64,000 bases of DNA from an uncultured Candidatus Rokubacteria bacterium (lineage in GTDB: Bacteria > Methylomirabilota > Methylomirabilia > Rokubacteriales > DASRDR01), in assembly GCA_963708025.1 (NCBI GenBank), contig CAVPSB010000010.1, forward strand, positions 145,762-209,761, read 5' to 3'. Each line of letters begins with the position of its first letter. Position 1 is the first letter of the stretch. This document shows positions 63,181 to 64,000 of the stretch, in pieces. Both the position numbers and the translations under genes were made by a program. A model generated the notes under the pieces. The model was given only the letters and a program-made list of their open reading frames with translations, was not told the DNA's origin and ran no database searches.

Positions 63181-63253
63181 ACCTTGCCCTCGAGACGCAT
63201 GCCCTCTCCTTCCGTCGGGGTGCCGGCTAAGAGCCCTGGCCGCCGCGCGGCGC

Positions 63254-64000
63254 CTACTTCAGGTAGCCGCCCTCCTTGAGGATCCGGGTCCACTCCGCCG
63301 CGCAGTCGTTCATCGCCGCTTCGGGGCTCTTCTTCAGGTTCGCCGCAAGGTTCACTTCCCGCGCCCAGACCTGGCGGAGCTGCTCGGTGTGCGGGATCCG
63401 CGGGAACAGCTTCGCGAAGGCCATCGTCTCCGCCATCAGCGGGAAGTCCTTCCGGACCTTGAGGACCTCGGGATCGGTGTAGACGGCCCGATGGACCGGG
63501 TCTCCGCCGTTCACCGCCCAGACGATGGCGCCTTCCTTCGAGGCGAGGAAGCTCAGGAAGGTCTTGGCGGCGTCCTTCCGCGTCGAGCTCGCGGGTACCA
63601 CCCAGCTCTCCGCACTCATGAAGGCGCCCCGCCGGACGGTGTTGCCCTCGCGGCGGCCGGGCACCACGGTGGCGGCGATGTCCTTGCAGATCTTCGGGCT
63701 CTTCTCGCAGGACGTGAGCAGGTCGAACGCGGCCGACCACTGGACGGCCATCGCGGCCCGCTCGGCCTGGAGATACTGGTTCTTCTCGAGATAGCCGATG
63801 GCGTCCGAGTCGGGCGGGGCCAGCTTCTCCGTGCGCAGGATGTCCACGAAGTACTTGAGGGCGGCGATTCCTTGCGGGCTGTTCATGACCGGACGGTTGT
63901 TCGCGTCCAGCCACGTGGCCCCGAAGCCGAGGAAGAACGTGGCGAACTCGATGCCGCCGCTCACCCCGGGCACCCCCGTGCGCAGGATCGTGCCATAGCG
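63254..64000 (-). CDS. extracellular solute-binding protein family 1 (sugar ABC SBP), C-terminal part; gene continues beyond window end
   Basis: SBP_bac_1-like sequence ...AMVTWFLGFGATWLDANNRP-type. The ORF runs to the window edge, so the N-terminus/signal peptide is not in the window. Confidence 0.6.
   Translation of the reverse strand, partial: RYGTILRTGVPGVSGGIEFATFFLGFGATWLDANNRPVMNSPQGIAALKYFVDILRTEKLAPPDSDAIGYLEKNQYLQAERAAMAVQWSAAFDLLTSCEKSPKICKDIAATVVPGRREGNTVRRGAFMSAESWVVPASSTRKDAAKTFLSFLASKEGAIVWAVNGGDPVHRAVYTDPEVLKVRKDFPLMAETMAFAKLFPRIPHTEQLRQVWAREVNLAANLKKSPEAAMNDCAAEWTRILKEGGYLK

Overview
High-GC (~70%) bacterial chromosomal segment. The window contains no rRNA, tRNA or CRISPR that I can find. 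It contains no transposase, integrase or phage genes.

First ~49.7 kb: a mostly clean core-genome region with tightly packed, often start/stop-overlapping genes. It opens with the 3' end of a tRNA-nucleotidyltransferase-like gene. A conserved LPS/sigma-54 locus follows: pyrG-kdsA-kdsD-kdsC-lptC-lptA-lptB-rpoN-hpf-rapZ. Next come a GH57 glucan enzyme plus a small cupin, then metK-ahcY. A putative envelope-glycosylation operon follows: PHP phosphoesterase, GT39/ArnT-like transferase, GT2 polyprenyl-phosphate glycosyltransferase and a UPF0182 membrane protein. A single fused lptF-lptG ORF lies on the minus strand. Then come valS-birA-coaX, a guaB-family gene with guaA, a band-7 protein, dnaE and accA. 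A SorC/CggR-like regulator is divergent from an unusually extended fructose-1,6-bisphosphate aldolase/phosphatase. After these come a BFN nuclease, a GT4, paaK with an orphan PaaA-like di-iron protein, a TPR/secreted/bactofilin trio, an F420-type nitroreductase, a CheY-like regulator and an MscL carrying a C-terminal zinc ribbon.

Last ~14 kb (49.7-64 kb, all minus strand): a catabolic/transport cluster. It comprises a HAD phosphatase, a Gfo/Idh/MocA gene, two family-I CoA-transferases, MaoC, enoyl-CoA hydratase, two SDRs, a DapA-like aldolase, a sulfonate-type ABC system and a sugar ABC system. Almost every gene here is broken by multiple small frameshifts. This is either an error-prone sequence segment or a decaying accessory island.

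Three intergenic repeat families are superimposed on this. A ~120-200 bp MITE-like element with terminal inverted repeats GGGCGGGGCCGA...TCGGCCCCGCCC occurs in 5 copies, each directly after a stop codon. A G-run hairpin REP occurs in 3 copies. A stop-codon-adjacent GAGACACCCTG(K)GTCAACC/C-run hairpin element occurs in 2-3 copies.
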